Assembly: GCA_963615895.1 (NCBI GenBank)
Contig: CAVEIE010000009.1
Coordinates: 1,455-65,454 of the forward strand
Source of the DNA: Bacteroidaceae bacterium
GTDB lineage: Bacteria; Bacteroidota; Bacteroidia; Bacteroidales; Paludibacteraceae
DNA: 64,000 nucleotides
Direction of reading: 5' to 3'
The notes beneath the pieces are model-generated. The model made no database searches. It was not told the DNA's origin and saw nothing but the letters and a program-made list of their open reading frames with translations. Shown here in pieces: positions 8,394 through 19,270 of this stretch (position 1 is the stretch's first letter; every line of letters starts with the position of its first letter). Made by a program: the position numbers and the translations under genes.

Positions 8394-8418
8394 CCGGTAA
8401 ACAGTAGCAATAGTTAAT

Positions 8419-8790
8419 ATGCACGGTCTTGAAACGATTGGGCTGCTTGTATGCAGCAATATCTTTATGACATTGGCATGGTATGGTCATTTGAAACTAC
8501 AGTCGGATGGTATTATAACCGACCATACACCTTTGTTTCTTATTATTTTGTTGTCGTGGTTAATGGCGTTGCCTGAATATATCTGTCAGGTGAACGGTAA
8601 CCGCATCGGATTTTCAGGTAACGGTGGTCCTTTTAGTCTGATGCAACTGAAGATTATTCAGGAAGTGATATCCATTACGATATTCACCTTGTTCTCTGTG
8701 TTTGTGTTCAAGGGTCAGGCGTTGCACTGGAATCACTTCGTGGCGTTTGTATGTTTGGTGGCAGCAGTCTATTTTGTGTTTCTCAAGTAG
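8419..8790 (+). CDS. Small DMT-superfamily membrane protein (DUF486-like)
   Basis: 123 aa with four hydrophobic segments. Size and pattern fit half-size DMT proteins. Confidence 0.6.
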   Translation: MHGLETIGLLVCSNIFMTLAWYGHLKLQSDGIITDHTPLFLIILLSWLMALPEYICQVNGNRIGFSGNGGPFSLMQLKIIQEVISITIFTLFSVFVFKGQALHWNHFVAFVCLVAAVYFVFLK

Positions 8791-8823
8791 CGCACAGACG
8801 GTTCCGACGATTGATTTCAACGG

Positions 8824-10509
8824 TTATTTTTTAGTAACAGTGGATGTGATATCCGATTGGATGTTACAAGTAGCGGGATTGCCCCAAACAACTATTTTGC
8901 TCACCCCATCCGCCTCTGCTGTGAGATATTGAGTACAGTTTATCTCGGCAGAAGCCGTCCCCGAACAGGATATATTGACCGTTTTTGCCACCAAGTCTTT
9001 TGCCTTGACCCCCGAAGCCCCTTCCTGCGACAGATGGAAAGTGTCGGCATTTCCCTGCAAGCGGCATTGTCCGATTCCCTCTACAGAGAGGTGCAGTACA
9101 CTTACATTGAGGTTTGCATCGAGGGAGGTAGCACCTTCGATGGAGATAAGCAGACTGTCGGTTTGTATGATTCCATCGGTATAAATCTTCGACATTCCTT
9201 CTATGGAGCAGGCATTCCAATGCGGTAATGTAACCCGCACGGAGGGTATATCGTTGTCGCTTAGTCCATAGAGATAGAGTACACCATCCTCTACATTTGC
9301 CGAGACTGCGGGTATAGCGGTGTTGGTGATACATATTGAGTGGGTATCGGCTTGTGCTATTTGCAGATTGACGGCTCCTTCAAGTTCGATAGCAGTAAAC
9401 GGCATTACGGATAGGGTGTCGGTGCAGTTTGCAAAATCAGGCTCAGCCTGTTGGGTTATTTCTGGTAGGTAGGTGGTTTGCAGATGTTTTCCAATGTGGA
9501 TGGTTACAGTGGCGAGTCCGATTAGTGAACCTAACCACAGAGCAAGTGTTATTATCCAAAACAGGGTGGACGGATGTTGGTGTTTCCTTAAGTACTTAAC
9601 AAGCCAATATATACCGATGAAAAGGGGAATTGCGAAGAAAAGCAGGAGCAGGGCTGCCGTTAGTATCAGCAACCACGGGTGCGAGAGAAGAACAGGGTTT
9701 TCGGTCAGTTCGGGCAACCAATCTGCTGCGCTAAACGGAACAGCGAACAAGGCTTGTGACATCGCTACGCTTGTGACAAGCAAGACAAACAGCATCAATG
9801 CGATAATGCCAAAGATGGGTAGCAGTACACAAATTACCACGATGAAAAGGAGTATTTTGAGGATAGTACGGAATACGCTTCTGGTTTTTGTTGCTATTTG
9901 GTGTTCTTCGGCGTATTGTGCGGCTCTCTCGTATTCTTTCTTGATATTGTCGATAGATGCTATCTCTCCTCTCATTTCCAAGCGTTGTGCAGCGGTGCGT
10001 GCAGCAGGGGCGATAATCCATATCAGCAAGTAAACAGGAATGGTGACCCCATATAGGAAAGTGCATAGTACGAAGATAATCCTTACCCATACCACATCCC
10101 AACCGAGATAGGCGGCTATACCGGAGCATACGCCTGCAAGGAGGGCGTTATCGGGATCGAGGTAAAGTCGATGGCGGCGGGGAGGCAAGTTGTCGGTATT
10201 CTTGTCGGAAGTGTCAGAATTGTCCGATGAAATGGTCTCGTTTTCCTGTGCAAAGTCCTCCGGTTTGCCAAGTTGCTCCATTACCTGACCGACCATAAAA
10301 TTGTTGATGACCTGTATGCCTTTGTGTTTGAGCATATCGGTGAAGAGTTCTGCGATGCGTGCTTCGACATCGTGCATAATCTCTTCGTTGTCGTCGGTTT
10401 CGCCTATCTGTTTGCGTACATTGTTGAGATAGGTATGGAGTGTTTGATAGGCATCGTCGTCGATATAGAAGACAAGCCCATTGAGGTTAATGGTGGAAGT
10501 AGGTTTCAT
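8824..10509 (-). CDS. PspC-domain membrane protein with a C-terminal beta-rich (GIN/DUF2807-like) region
   Basis: It has the PspC signature LYLDPDNALLAGVCSGIAAYLGWDVVWVRIIFVL, several TM segments, and a repetitive C-terminal region. Confidence 0.75.
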   Translation of the reverse strand: MKPTSTINLNGLVFYIDDDAYQTLHTYLNNVRKQIGETDDNEEIMHDVEARIAELFTDMLKHKGIQVINNFMVGQVMEQLGKPEDFAQENETISSDNSDTSDKNTDNLPPRRHRLYLDPDNALLAGVCSGIAAYLGWDVVWVRIIFVLCTFLYGVTIPVYLLIWIIAPAARTAAQRLEMRGEIASIDNIKKEYERAAQYAEEHQIATKTRSVFRTILKILLFIVVICVLLPIFGIIALMLFVLLVTSVAMSQALFAVPFSAADWLPELTENPVLLSHPWLLILTAALLLLFFAIPLFIGIYWLVKYLRKHQHPSTLFWIITLALWLGSLIGLATVTIHIGKHLQTTYLPEITQQAEPDFANCTDTLSVMPFTAIELEGAVNLQIAQADTHSICITNTAIPAVSANVEDGVLYLYGLSDNDIPSVRVTLPHWNACSIEGMSKIYTDGIIQTDSLLISIEGATSLDANLNVSVLHLSVEGIGQCRLQGNADTFHLSQEGASGVKAKDLVAKTVNISCSGTASAEINCTQYLTAEADGVSKIVVWGNPATCNIQSDITSTVTKK

Positions 10510-10518
10510 TGTTGGTTG

Positions 10519-10749
10519 TTATCTATCGTTATTTCTATCGATGAAATCATCGGAATGGGTAGCAGAAGGCATAATGACAGCCATAATGATGTATAGTAGC
10601 AGGCCCGGGAAACCTGCACTAAAGACAGACAGTGCGGCATACACTACACGGACTACTGTAGGGTCGAGGTCGAAATAATCGGCAAGCCCTGCACATACTC
10701 CTGCCAAGATTTTGTTGTCAGAGCGACATAGTTTTTTGTTAGATTCCAT
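10519..10749 (-). CDS. PspC-domain protein (76 aa)
   Basis: KLCRSDNKILAGVCAGLADYFDLDPTVVRVVYAAL followed by a TM segment. Confidence 0.75.
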   Translation of the reverse strand: MESNKKLCRSDNKILAGVCAGLADYFDLDPTVVRVVYAALSVFSAGFPGLLLYIIMAVIMPSATHSDDFIDRNNDR

Positions 10750-10754
10750 AATAG

Positions 10755-11087
10755 TTATTCTTTATTGTTTGTTACGATTTCAACGGAAGTTTTGATACTA
10801 CTCCACTCTTGTTGGAGTGAAGCATAGATGTCGATACCCTGTTGGGTAAGCCTATAATACTTGCGCGGTGGACCTTCGGTGGACTCTTGCCAACGGTAGG
10901 AAAGCAGTCCCGAGTTCTTCAGTCGCATGAGCAAAGGATAGATAGTTCCCTCTACCACAAAGAGGTTTGCTTCTTTGAGCGTGGCGAGTATGTCGGACAC
11001 ATAAGCCTCTTGGTTGTTGTATAGCACCGCCAATATGCAGTACTCGAGGATACCTTTCCGCATCTGTGTTTTGATGTTTTCAATCAT
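10755..11087 (-). CDS. PadR-family transcriptional regulator
   Basis: Start chosen at MIENIKTQMRKG. It has a winged-HTH pattern GILEYCILAVL...YPLLMRLKNSGLL...PPRKYYRLT. Confidence 0.8.
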   Translation of the reverse strand: MIENIKTQMRKGILEYCILAVLYNNQEAYVSDILATLKEANLFVVEGTIYPLLMRLKNSGLLSYRWQESTEGPPRKYYRLTQQGIDIYASLQQEWSSIKTSVEIVTNNKE

Positions 11088-11129
11088 ATATTCGTGCCTT
11101 TCTGTTCCGTTCGTTATTCTATCCGGCTG

Positions 11130-11137
11130 CAAAGGTA
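11130..11137 (-). promoter_or_regulatory. -7 promoter box (TACCTTTG on the minus strand) for the padR-pspC operon
   Basis: CAAAGGTA on the + strand lies ~43 nt upstream of the padR ATG. Confidence 0.45.
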
Positions 11138-11300
11138 ATGCATTGTTTTGTATTATGCAATACATAGTAGTTTATTTTTGCTATTTTTGCAGATAAAATT
11201 TATTCACATACACCTGTTCTTTTGTCAATATATCACATATAATGATTTATTGGTTTTTCCATATTGGAAACGGAGTGTTTCTTCGTTGATTGGATATTCT

Positions 11301-11340
11301 TCCTATATTCGTCCTATACTCATCCTATATAGATCCCATA
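11301..11340. repeat. Four helically phased heptamers (TCCTATA x3, TCCCATA x1) at an exact 11-nt period
   Basis: The copies start at 11301, 11312, 11323 and 11334, in the padR-rfbA intergenic region. Confidence 0.8.
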
Positions 11341-11683
11341 TCAAACCTTCGAAATAGATAGTATTTACTGGGCTTTGCGGAGGGCAGTTGTTTTGTATGC
11401 GAAGAGAAAGCACAGGCTTGGCGAGAGGGAATATGTTTATGTTGTTTAAGAATTTGCAATGAATAACCAATGGACAGAAAGTGGCGGAGATGGACTGTGG
11501 GTAACGATTTTTCATAACGATTTGGTTACGCATATAAAAAGTTGTATCTTTGCGGTGTTTAGTATGCGGGGGTGTCGGTTTGGCGGCAGAGAGGAAGGGG
11601 AACGGCAGGGTTGTGGAGGAGATGCGGACGGAACAGGAACAAATCAGCAACAAACATAGAATAAAACAAGCAATTGAATCGTT

Positions 11684-12550
11684 ATGAAAGGAATCATCTT
11701 AGCAGGAGGCAGTGCAACCCGATTGTATCCTCTGTCGAAGGCCATCAGCAAGCAAATTATGCCGGTGTATGACAAGCCTATGATCTATTACCCGTTGTCC
11801 ACACTTATGTTGGCAGGGATACGGGAAGTGCTTATTATTTCAACGCCGAGAGATTTGCCGATGTTTCGTGAGTTGTTGGGCGATGGCAGCCGGTTGGGTA
11901 TGCGTTTGGAGTACAAGGTGCAGGAGGTTCCTAATGGGTTAGCGCAGGCTTTTGTGTTGGGTCGTTCGTTTCTGAACGGCGATAAGGGCTGTTTGATATT
12001 GGGGGATAATCTTTTCTACGGGCAGAGTTTCAGTAAGATGCTGCACCGTGCTGCCTCGTTGGAAAAGGGTGCTTGCATATTTGGTTACTATGTGAAAGAC
12101 CCCCGTGCTTACGGTGTTGTGGAGTTTGACGGGCAGGGGAAGGTGCTTTCGTTGGAGGAGAAACCTGCGGATCCTAAAAGTCATTTCGCAGTGCCGGGTT
12201 TGTATTTTTACGATGAGAGCGTCTGCGACAAGGCGGCTGAGTTGAAGCCATCGGCTCGCGGAGAATATGAGATAACCGACCTAAACAAGGTCTATTTGGA
12301 GGAGGGTAGTTTGCATGTGGAGTTGTTTGGCAGGGGTTTCGCATGGCTGGACACGGGCAATTGCGACAGTTTGCTGGATGCCAGCAACTTCATTGCCACG
12401 ATACAGGGTCGTCAGGGCTTCTATGTCAGTTGCATAGAGGAGATTGCATGGCGGAACGGATGGATCGATACGGACGCTCTGCACCGTTTGGGAGAAGAGT
12501 TGGGTAAAACCCAATACGGACAATATCTGTTAGGTCTTGATAATCATTAG
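11684..12550 (+). CDS. rfbA: Glucose-1-phosphate thymidylyltransferase
   Basis: [18 protein letters not shown]...; 288 aa, with the typical RmlA length and motifs. Confidence 0.9.
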   Translation: MKGIILAGGSATRLYPLSKAISKQIMPVYDKPMIYYPLSTLMLAGIREVLIISTPRDLPMFRELLGDGSRLGMRLEYKVQEVPNGLAQAFVLGRSFLNGDKGCLILGDNLFYGQSFSKMLHRAASLEKGACIFGYYVKDPRAYGVVEFDGQGKVLSLEEKPADPKSHFAVPGLYFYDESVCDKAAELKPSARGEYEITDLNKVYLEEGSLHVELFGRGFAWLDTGNCDSLLDASNFIATIQGRQGFYVSCIEEIAWRNGWIDTDALHRLGEELGKTQYGQYLLGLDNH

Positions 12551-12555
12551 GAGTT

Positions 12556-15500
12556 ATGCGCACAAGGTGGGAAATCGGGTTACTAAGCATTGTCTTGGCG
12601 GTAGGCAGTTTCGGTTCCGTTGCAGGGATGGGGGCTACCACTAACCCTTACAGTGTATGGCACTACTCTGTGGAGGACGGGCTGAGCCAGAATACGGTGA
12701 TGGCTATTTTGCAGGACGACGACGGCTATATGTGGTTTGGCACATGGGACGGTCTGAACCGTTTTGACGGTTACACCTTTACGACTTACAAGTCGTCGCC
12801 CCGATCGGACCAAAAAATGCAGAACAGCCGTATTCACTTCATCTATGAGGATGCATTGCATTATATCTGGATACAGACTTACGATGGAAACATACATCGT
12901 TTTGACAAGCATAAAGAGGAGTTCTATTCGTTGGATGAGCCGTTGGAACACCTGCACAATCACACTCATCCCCTGTACACAGAGCCTCGCAAGGGGGAAT
13001 TGTGGTTTGCGGGAATAGAAAACATCCTGAGAATAAACAATCAGGAAGACCCAGCCAGTCCGAAGGTAACCCGTTACTCGTTGAGTCGTCCTTCGCATTT
13101 TCTTGTAACCGATTCGGAGGGTAATGTGTGGTACGATGATAACGGGGCGTTACATTGCATTGATTCGATCGGTAACGACAGCCGTTTTGTGCCACAGGGC
13201 AAACAGAGCGACGAGCAGTTTATGTCGTGTTTTGTGGACAAGCACAGTATATTGTTCGGCACGGACAAGGGGTGTATTTGGCGTTTATTCCTGCAGGACA
13301 AGCGTTTTGAGCGTATTCGGACAAACAGTATTACGGAGATTACGGACATACAGGTGCTGGACGACGGCAGTATCATGTTCAGTACTTCTTCGGAGGGCTT
13401 TTTTGTGTATGATGTCAAGTCGGGCAGGCTTCAGCAATACTCCTCGAAGACAGACTCTTCTATCCGTTCGAACCAGTTCATCTCGATAGACCTTGATTCC
13501 CGCGGCGTGGTGTGGTTGGAGAACACGGAGTACGGTATATTCCGCTATCGGACGAAGGACGGCAGTTTGAAGCATTTGCGTCCGGACATAGACGAGCGAT
13601 ACAAGGGATTGCTTGCACCGAACTTCCTCTTGATAGAGGACTTGTACGGTAACACTTGGGTCAATCCGAACGGAGGAGGTTTCGGTCGGTACAATTACAC
13701 ATCGGATGAGTTGGAGGACCCGATAGACGGGCTAACGAACATGATACATACGGCGTATTCAGACCGTAACGGAATTCTGTGGATCAGTACTTACGACAAG
13801 GGTATAGACCAAGTGAACATGAAGCCATCGCCGTTTAATGTGACGGATATTCGTATGCCTCATCAATACTTGAGCGAAGTGCGTGCTATATGCGAGTTGA
13901 GCAACGGGGATGTGCTGATGGCTAACAAGGGCGGGAATGTGTTGGTTTATGACAGTAACTTGCACAGCAAAGGGGAGTTGTCGGTGAAGGACTTGGTGTA
14001 TTGCATCCACGAGGACAGCAAGGGGAATGTATGGTTCGGGACTCGTGGTTCGGGACTGATGGTGGGCAAGATGACGAGCAACGGAGTCAGAGATATTCGC
14101 CCATTTGAAACAGACAGTGCAGATTATGCCCTCTCGTCGAAAGATGTGTATTCCATAGCAGAAGGGAAAGACGGTACGCTGTATATCGGCACTTACGGGG
14201 GAGGAGTAAACATATTGCGTGACGGGAGATTTATTCACAGTGGAAACCTATGGGTAGATTATCCTTTGAGCAAAGCAGGGCAGGTGCGCGATTTGTTGTT
14301 GGATGATGACAGTGTCCTTTGGGCTGCTACGACGAAAGGATTGTTGCGGACGGACTTGTCGTCGTTGTCGTGTTGTTTTGTGCCTTACTATGATATTACC
14401 TGTTTACACAGAGACAAGCAAGGTCAGTTGTGGTGCGGTAGTTACGGAGCCGGACTCAACAAGGTGGTGACGGGGGACAGTGTAGAGGATATTCGCATAG
14501 AGATTTGTGTGGGGAAGGAAGTCTTGGGGAACGACATTATTCTGAACATTGTAGAGGATGAGGAAGGGGTGTTGTGGTTGGTGTCGGAGCGCCCGATTAT
14601 GCGATACAGTCCGATCGACAGTACCTTCCAATACTTCAATCCGTTGAACAGAGTTCCGTCGGGCTACTTCAGTGAAGCCTCAGCCTTGCAACTGCAGACG
14701 GGCTTGATTGTATTGGGTTATAATAGCGGGTTCTGTTCATTCATGCCTCAGTTGATACTCCACTCGGATGATGTTCCTCCGCTGATGCTGACGAAGTTTG
14801 AGTTGTTCAACAAAGAAGTGGAGATTGGCGGCAAAGGGTCGCCCTTGAAAGAGAGCATCTCGTACACAAACAAGATAGTGCTACGACCCGGTCAGGAGGT
14901 ATTCAGTATAGAGTTTGCCGCACTGGACTTTGAAGATGCCGGCAAGATACGCTACGCCTATATGTTAGAAGGTTTTGAGGACGATTGGAACTATGTCAAT
15001 TCTCGGCGTGTAACCTATACAAACCTGCCGAACGGTACCTATCGTTTCTGCGTGAGGAGTACGAATGCAGAAGGTATATGGACCGATAATATGCGAGAAC
15101 TGACGATCAAGGTACTTCCCACTTTCTGGGAAACGGGTTGGGCTGTCGTTTTATACATTGTTATTGCCGTGATAGTGCTAATGATTGCGTTGAAGATGTT
15201 TTCGACTTACAGTGATCTACAGCACAAGGTTCAGTTGGAGCAGACTATCACAGACATCAAGTTACGATTTTTCACGAACATCTCTCACGAGTTGCGTACT
15301 CCGCTGACGCTCATCTCAGGGCCTGTGGAAAATATCCTGAAGACCGAGCGTATCTCGCAGAGTGTGCGCGATCAGTTGGAGATTGTGCAGAACAACTGCA
15401 ACCGGATGCTCCGTCTGATAAACGAGATTCTTGATTTCCGTAAGATACAGAACAAGAAGATGCGTTTGAAGATACAAGAAACAGACTTGGCGGCATTGAC

Positions 15501-16800
15501 AGAGAATACTTGTGCCAACTTCTCGAAAGAAGCGTACGACAAACATATTACCTTTGAGATAGAGAACCGGACTGAAGATTTGAAGGTATGGGTCGATAAG
15601 GAGAAAGTGGATATTATCCTCTACAATATTCTCTCGAATGCGTTCAAGTTTACTCCGGCAGGCAAGAAGATAAAAGTGGTTATATCGCAGAAACCTAATT
15701 TCGCCATTGTTCAAGTGAGCGACGAAGGTGTGGGTATCCCATCGGATAAGCGTTCGATTCTTTTTGAGCGTTTCACCTCACAGAATGAGATAAAGAACTA
15801 CAGTTCCGTTTCCAGCACGGGGATAGGACTGAACCTTGTGAAGGAATTGGTGGATATGCACAAGGGGTACATAGAAGTAAACAGCGAGTTAAACAAGGGG
15901 ACTACCTTCTCTATCATGTTCCGCTTAGGGAAGGAGCATTTCGGGAACGAGGTTGATTTTATTTCCTACTCTCAACTATCGCCACTGAGAGATGAGCCGA
16001 AGCAGAGAATAGGCACAAGTGATACGCAGCAGACGAAAGAACAGACGCTGCTGATAGTGGAAGACAATCAGGATATGCGCGAGTTCTTGAGCAAGATGTT
16101 CCAAAACGATTTCCAGATAAAAGTTGCACACGACGGCAAGGAAGGCTTGGAGATTACCAAAGAGGTGGTTCCAGATATTATCATCTCAGATTTGATGATG
16201 CCAAACATGGACGGGTTGGAACTGACGGAGAAGATAAAAGAAGACCCGAACATCAATCACATCCCCGTCATTCTACTCACGGCGAAATCGAATATCGAGA
16301 GCAGGTTAGACGCAATGCGCTATGGGGCTGACGATTATATCACGAAGCCGTTCTCGTCGGAATACCTGAAAGCACGCGTAGAGAACATACTGAAACAGCG
16401 TTCGCAACTGCAAGAGAACTACCGGAAGACCCTATTGAGTCTGCAACCGAAAGAGGTGAAGACGCAATCACCCAACGACATATTCATTGCCAAGTTGATG
16501 GATTTTATGGAGCGGAATATGGATAACAACGATTTGATTGTGGAAGACATGGTGAGCGAGATGGCATTAGGCAGGACGGTGTTCTTCAACAAGTTGAAGA
16601 GTCTGACGGGGTTGTCTCCTGTCGAGTTTATCCGTGAAGTGCGCATCAAGCGTGCGGCTCAACTGCTCAAATCGGGGACCTATAACATCACCGAGATTAC
16701 TTATATGGTGGGGATGAACGATAGCCGTTACTTCTCAAAGTGCTTCAAAGCCGTGTATGGTATGACACCTACGGAATACAAGAAACGGGAGTGTAACTGA
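12556..16800 (+). CDS. Hybrid two-component system sensor kinase/response regulator with an AraC-type HTH (HTCS)
   Basis: It has a signal/TM segment, beta-propeller repeats (WFGT/WIST motifs), a TM segment and the H-box SHELRTPLT. It also has an HATPase region (GIGLNLVKELV), a REC domain (DLMMPNMDG) and a C-terminal AraC HTH. Confidence 0.9.
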   Translation: MRTRWEIGLLSIVLAVGSFGSVAGMGATTNPYSVWHYSVEDGLSQNTVMAILQDDDGYMWFGTWDGLNRFDGYTFTTYKSSPRSDQKMQNSRIHFIYEDALHYIWIQTYDGNIHRFDKHKEEFYSLDEPLEHLHNHTHPLYTEPRKGELWFAGIENILRINNQEDPASPKVTRYSLSRPSHFLVTDSEGNVWYDDNGALHCIDSIGNDSRFVPQGKQSDEQFMSCFVDKHSILFGTDKGCIWRLFLQDKRFERIRTNSITEITDIQVLDDGSIMFSTSSEGFFVYDVKSGRLQQYSSKTDSSIRSNQFISIDLDSRGVVWLENTEYGIFRYRTKDGSLKHLRPDIDERYKGLLAPNFLLIEDLYGNTWVNPNGGGFGRYNYTSDELEDPIDGLTNMIHTAYSDRNGILWISTYDKGIDQVNMKPSPFNVTDIRMPHQYLSEVRAICELSNGDVLMANKGGNVLVYDSNLHSKGELSVKDLVYCIHEDSKGNVWFGTRGSGLMVGKMTSNGVRDIRPFETDSADYALSSKDVYSIAEGKDGTLYIGTYGGGVNILRDGRFIHSGNLWVDYPLSKAGQVRDLLLDDDSVLWAATTKGLLRTDLSSLSCCFVPYYDITCLHRDKQGQLWCGSYGAGLNKVVTGDSVEDIRIEICVGKEVLGNDIILNIVEDEEGVLWLVSERPIMRYSPIDSTFQYFNPLNRVPSGYFSEASALQLQTGLIVLGYNSGFCSFMPQLILHSDDVPPLMLTKFELFNKEVEIGGKGSPLKESISYTNKIVLRPGQEVFSIEFAALDFEDAGKIRYAYMLEGFEDDWNYVNSRRVTYTNLPNGTYRFCVRSTNAEGIWTDNMRELTIKVLPTFWETGWAVVLYIVIAVIVLMIALKMFSTYSDLQHKVQLEQTITDIKLRFFTNISHELRTPLTLISGPVENILKTERISQSVRDQLEIVQNNCNRMLRLINEILDFRKIQNKKMRLKIQETDLAALTENTCANFSKEAYDKHITFEIENRTEDLKVWVDKEKVDIILYNILSNAFKFTPAGKKIKVVISQKPNFAIVQVSDEGVGIPSDKRSILFERFTSQNEIKNYSSVSSTGIGLNLVKELVDMHKGYIEVNSELNKGTTFSIMFRLGKEHFGNEVDFISYSQLSPLRDEPKQRIGTSDTQQTKEQTLLIVEDNQDMREFLSKMFQNDFQIKVAHDGKEGLEITKEVVPDIIISDLMMPNMDGLELTEKIKEDPNINHIPVILLTAKSNIESRLDAMRYGADDYITKPFSSEYLKARVENILKQRSQLQENYRKTLLSLQPKEVKTQSPNDIFIAKLMDFMERNMDNNDLIVEDMVSEMALGRTVFFNKLKSLTGLSPVEFIREVRIKRAAQLLKSGTYNITEITYMVGMNDSRYFSKCFKAVYGMTPTEYKKRECN

Positions 16801-16801
16801 G

Positions 16802-17311
16802 ATGAGGAGATTGATTGTTGCGATATTGGCAAGTTGTTTGCTGTGTAGTTGTCAGCGGACGAAGCCTCAGGCTCCGAGTCACCGTTCTGCACAGGACACG
16901 GCACAGGTGGCTTTGCTTCTGATGACCCAACGCATGGCGGAAGAGGCCGACAAAGAACTGACGAACTATGTGAATCATATTGATTCGGGATACACCCTGA
17001 ATGAAGCGGGGATATGGTATCGATACACCAAGCGTACGAATGAGAAGCGTTGGCAAAAGGGAGAGAATGTGCTATTGCATGCGCAAGTGTACACGATGGA
17101 CGGGAAATTGCTGATAGACAGCCGAGAGACGATAGCCTTAGGCAAGGGAGAGACACTGCTGTCGATCGAGAATATACTGCAAACAATGAGGAGGAATGAG
17201 GCTTGCGAGTTGCTTGTGCCTTGGTATCAGGCTTTTGGGGTGTCAGGAAGCGAAGAGGTTCCGCCCTATACGAATATAAAAATAAATATGGAAACATACA
17301 CAACAGACTAA
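16802..17311 (+). CDS. FKBP-like peptidyl-prolyl isomerase lipoprotein (GldI-like)
   Basis: It has the lipobox LLCSC and an FKBP-like pattern V..Y..DGKLLIDS...LGKGE...M..NE...LVPWYQAFG. Confidence 0.55.
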   Translation: MRRLIVAILASCLLCSCQRTKPQAPSHRSAQDTAQVALLLMTQRMAEEADKELTNYVNHIDSGYTLNEAGIWYRYTKRTNEKRWQKGENVLLHAQVYTMDGKLLIDSRETIALGKGETLLSIENILQTMRRNEACELLVPWYQAFGVSGSEEVPPYTNIKINMETYTTD

Positions 17312-17315
17312 GCGT

Positions 17316-17864
17316 ATGAAACATTATGGTATCCTTGTGGCGCTGTTCGGTCTTGCAACGGCATTCTTCATACAGAGTTGCAGCAGCAGTCAGACCTATG
17401 CCAAAGATTTGAAGAAAGAAAAGAAGGCGATTGATGATTATATTGCCCGGAATAATATAAACATCATATATGCCGCCCCTACGGATGGGAATTGGGGTGA
17501 GCGTGATTATTTGCAGGTGGGTGATTATTGTTATTTTCATCTGAGCAAGGCAGGAGATACCGACCAAGACTCGTTGGTGTATAAAGATATTGTGCTACTT
17601 CGTTACAGACAATACACCTTAGACGAGTATTCGAAGACAATCAAGGACTGTTGGACGACCAACGAAGCAGCAGACCCTGTGGAGTTTCAGTATGGGGTAT
17701 CGTCGTCGAGCGTGCTATCGGGTTGGTTGTTAGCCCTACCCTATTTGAAATACAATGCGGCAGAAGGCAAACTGATATGCCCAAGCAAGTTGGGGTCGAG
17801 CGATGCCATTTCGGATGTGACGCCCTACGGTTATGATATGAAAATACAAATACGCAAATTTTAA
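17316..17864 (+). CDS. Lipoprotein of unknown function (FKBP-like C-terminus)
   Basis: It has a signal peptide with cleavage-site Cys (FFIQSC) and a C-terminal GW..ALPYLK...G.LICPSKLG pattern. Confidence 0.5.
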   Translation: MKHYGILVALFGLATAFFIQSCSSSQTYAKDLKKEKKAIDDYIARNNINIIYAAPTDGNWGERDYLQVGDYCYFHLSKAGDTDQDSLVYKDIVLLRYRQYTLDEYSKTIKDCWTTNEAADPVEFQYGVSSSSVLSGWLLALPYLKYNAAEGKLICPSKLGSSDAISDVTPYGYDMKIQIRKF

Positions 17865-17878
17865 TATACTCTATTCTT

Positions 17879-19264
17879 ATGTCACTTGTCAAATCTATTT
17901 CAGGTATTCGCGGGACGATAGGCGGTCCTGTAGGTGAGGGATTGAATCCGGTAGATATTGTTCGTTTTACCGCAGCATACGCAACGCAGCGTGCTAACAA
18001 TCTGCCACAGAACAGAAAAATAGTGGTAGGCAGGGATGCGCGCATATCGGGCGAGATGGTTGACCTGCTCGTTACCGGTACGCTATTGGGCATGGGATAC
18101 GATGTGGTTAATATCGGTCTGGCCACGACGCCTACTACAGAACTGGCGGTTGCGGGAGAAAAGGCAGCCGGTGGTATTATCTTGACGGCATCTCATAATC
18201 CTAAACAATGGAACGCTCTCAAATTACTGAATGAGAAAGGTGAGTTCTTGAACGATGCAGAAGGAAAGGAAGTGCTTCGCATTGCAGAAGAAGAGTCGTT
18301 TGTATTCTCCGAGGTGGACAATTTAGGACATCTCGACCACAAAGACTATTTGCCATATCATATCAACAATGTGCTTTCGTTGGAATTGGTAAACAAAGAG
18401 GAAATTGAGAAAGCCGACTTTACAGTGGCTATCGATTGTGTGAACTCGGTGGGAGGTATAGCCATTCCTGCGGTACTGAAAGCATTAGGCGTGAAGAATA
18501 TCATTGAACTGAATTGCACCCCTAACGGCAAGTTTCCTCATAATCCGGAACCTTTGCCACAGCATTTGACTGAGATTTCGGACTTAATACGCAAGAATAA
18601 AGTAGATGTCGGTTTTGTAGTAGACCCTGATGTGGACCGTTTGGCGATTATCTGCGAGAACGGCGATATGTTTGGCGAGGAGTACACATTGGTGTCGGTA
18701 GCAGATTATGTACTACAACACACACCCGGCAACACAGTGAGCAATATGAGCAGTACCCGTGCGCTAAGTGATGTTACGAAGCGTTATGGAGGGTCTTATT
18801 CTGCGAGCGCAGTGGGAGAAGTGAATGTAGTCGCCGAGATGAAGCGCACATCGGCAGTGATTGGCGGAGAAGGCAACGGAGGAGTTATCTATCCTGCAAG
18901 TCATTACGGCAGAGATGCATTGGTTGGAATTGCTCTGTTCTTAAGTAATTTGGCGCAGAAGCGAATAAAAGTGTCGGAGTTGAAACAACAATTCCCACAG
19001 TATTTCATTTCGAAAAATCGTATTGATTTAACACCTGCGATTGATGTAGATTCGTTGCTTCAACAGGTAAAGGAACTATATAAGAATGAGCAACTCAATG
19101 ATAAAGACGGTGTTAAGATAGACTTCAAAGAGGGGTGGGTTCATTTACGGAAATCGAATACAGAGCCTATTATTCGTGTCTATTCGGAGGCTGCATCTGA
19201 AGAGAAGGCAAAGGCTTTGGCACAACAAATTATTGATGACATACACACCATAGTAGCCCACTGA
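17879..19264 (+). CDS. glmM: Phosphoglucosamine mutase
   Basis: It has the active-site TASHNP, the FVVDPDVDRL metal loop, and is 461 aa long. Confidence 0.9.
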   Translation: MSLVKSISGIRGTIGGPVGEGLNPVDIVRFTAAYATQRANNLPQNRKIVVGRDARISGEMVDLLVTGTLLGMGYDVVNIGLATTPTTELAVAGEKAAGGIILTASHNPKQWNALKLLNEKGEFLNDAEGKEVLRIAEEESFVFSEVDNLGHLDHKDYLPYHINNVLSLELVNKEEIEKADFTVAIDCVNSVGGIAIPAVLKALGVKNIIELNCTPNGKFPHNPEPLPQHLTEISDLIRKNKVDVGFVVDPDVDRLAIICENGDMFGEEYTLVSVADYVLQHTPGNTVSNMSSTRALSDVTKRYGGSYSASAVGEVNVVAEMKRTSAVIGGEGNGGVIYPASHYGRDALVGIALFLSNLAQKRIKVSELKQQFPQYFISKNRIDLTPAIDVDSLLQQVKELYKNEQLNDKDGVKIDFKEGWVHLRKSNTEPIIRVYSEAASEEKAKALAQQIIDDIHTIVAH

Positions 19265-19270
19265 TAGATT

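Noticed and set aside
11303-11659. A 116-aa minus-strand ORF and a 66-aa plus-strand ORF in the padR-rfbA spacer.
   Set aside because: Their composition is odd and they overlap each other. The region contains a TATCTTTG box (11545-11552), so it more likely serves as a long leader or regulatory spacer.
16728-17567. A 279-aa minus-strand ORF antisense to the HTCS 3' end and the two lipoprotein genes.
   Set aside because: It is Ser/Pro/Cys/Leu-rich with no motif and lies fully antisense to well-supported + strand genes.
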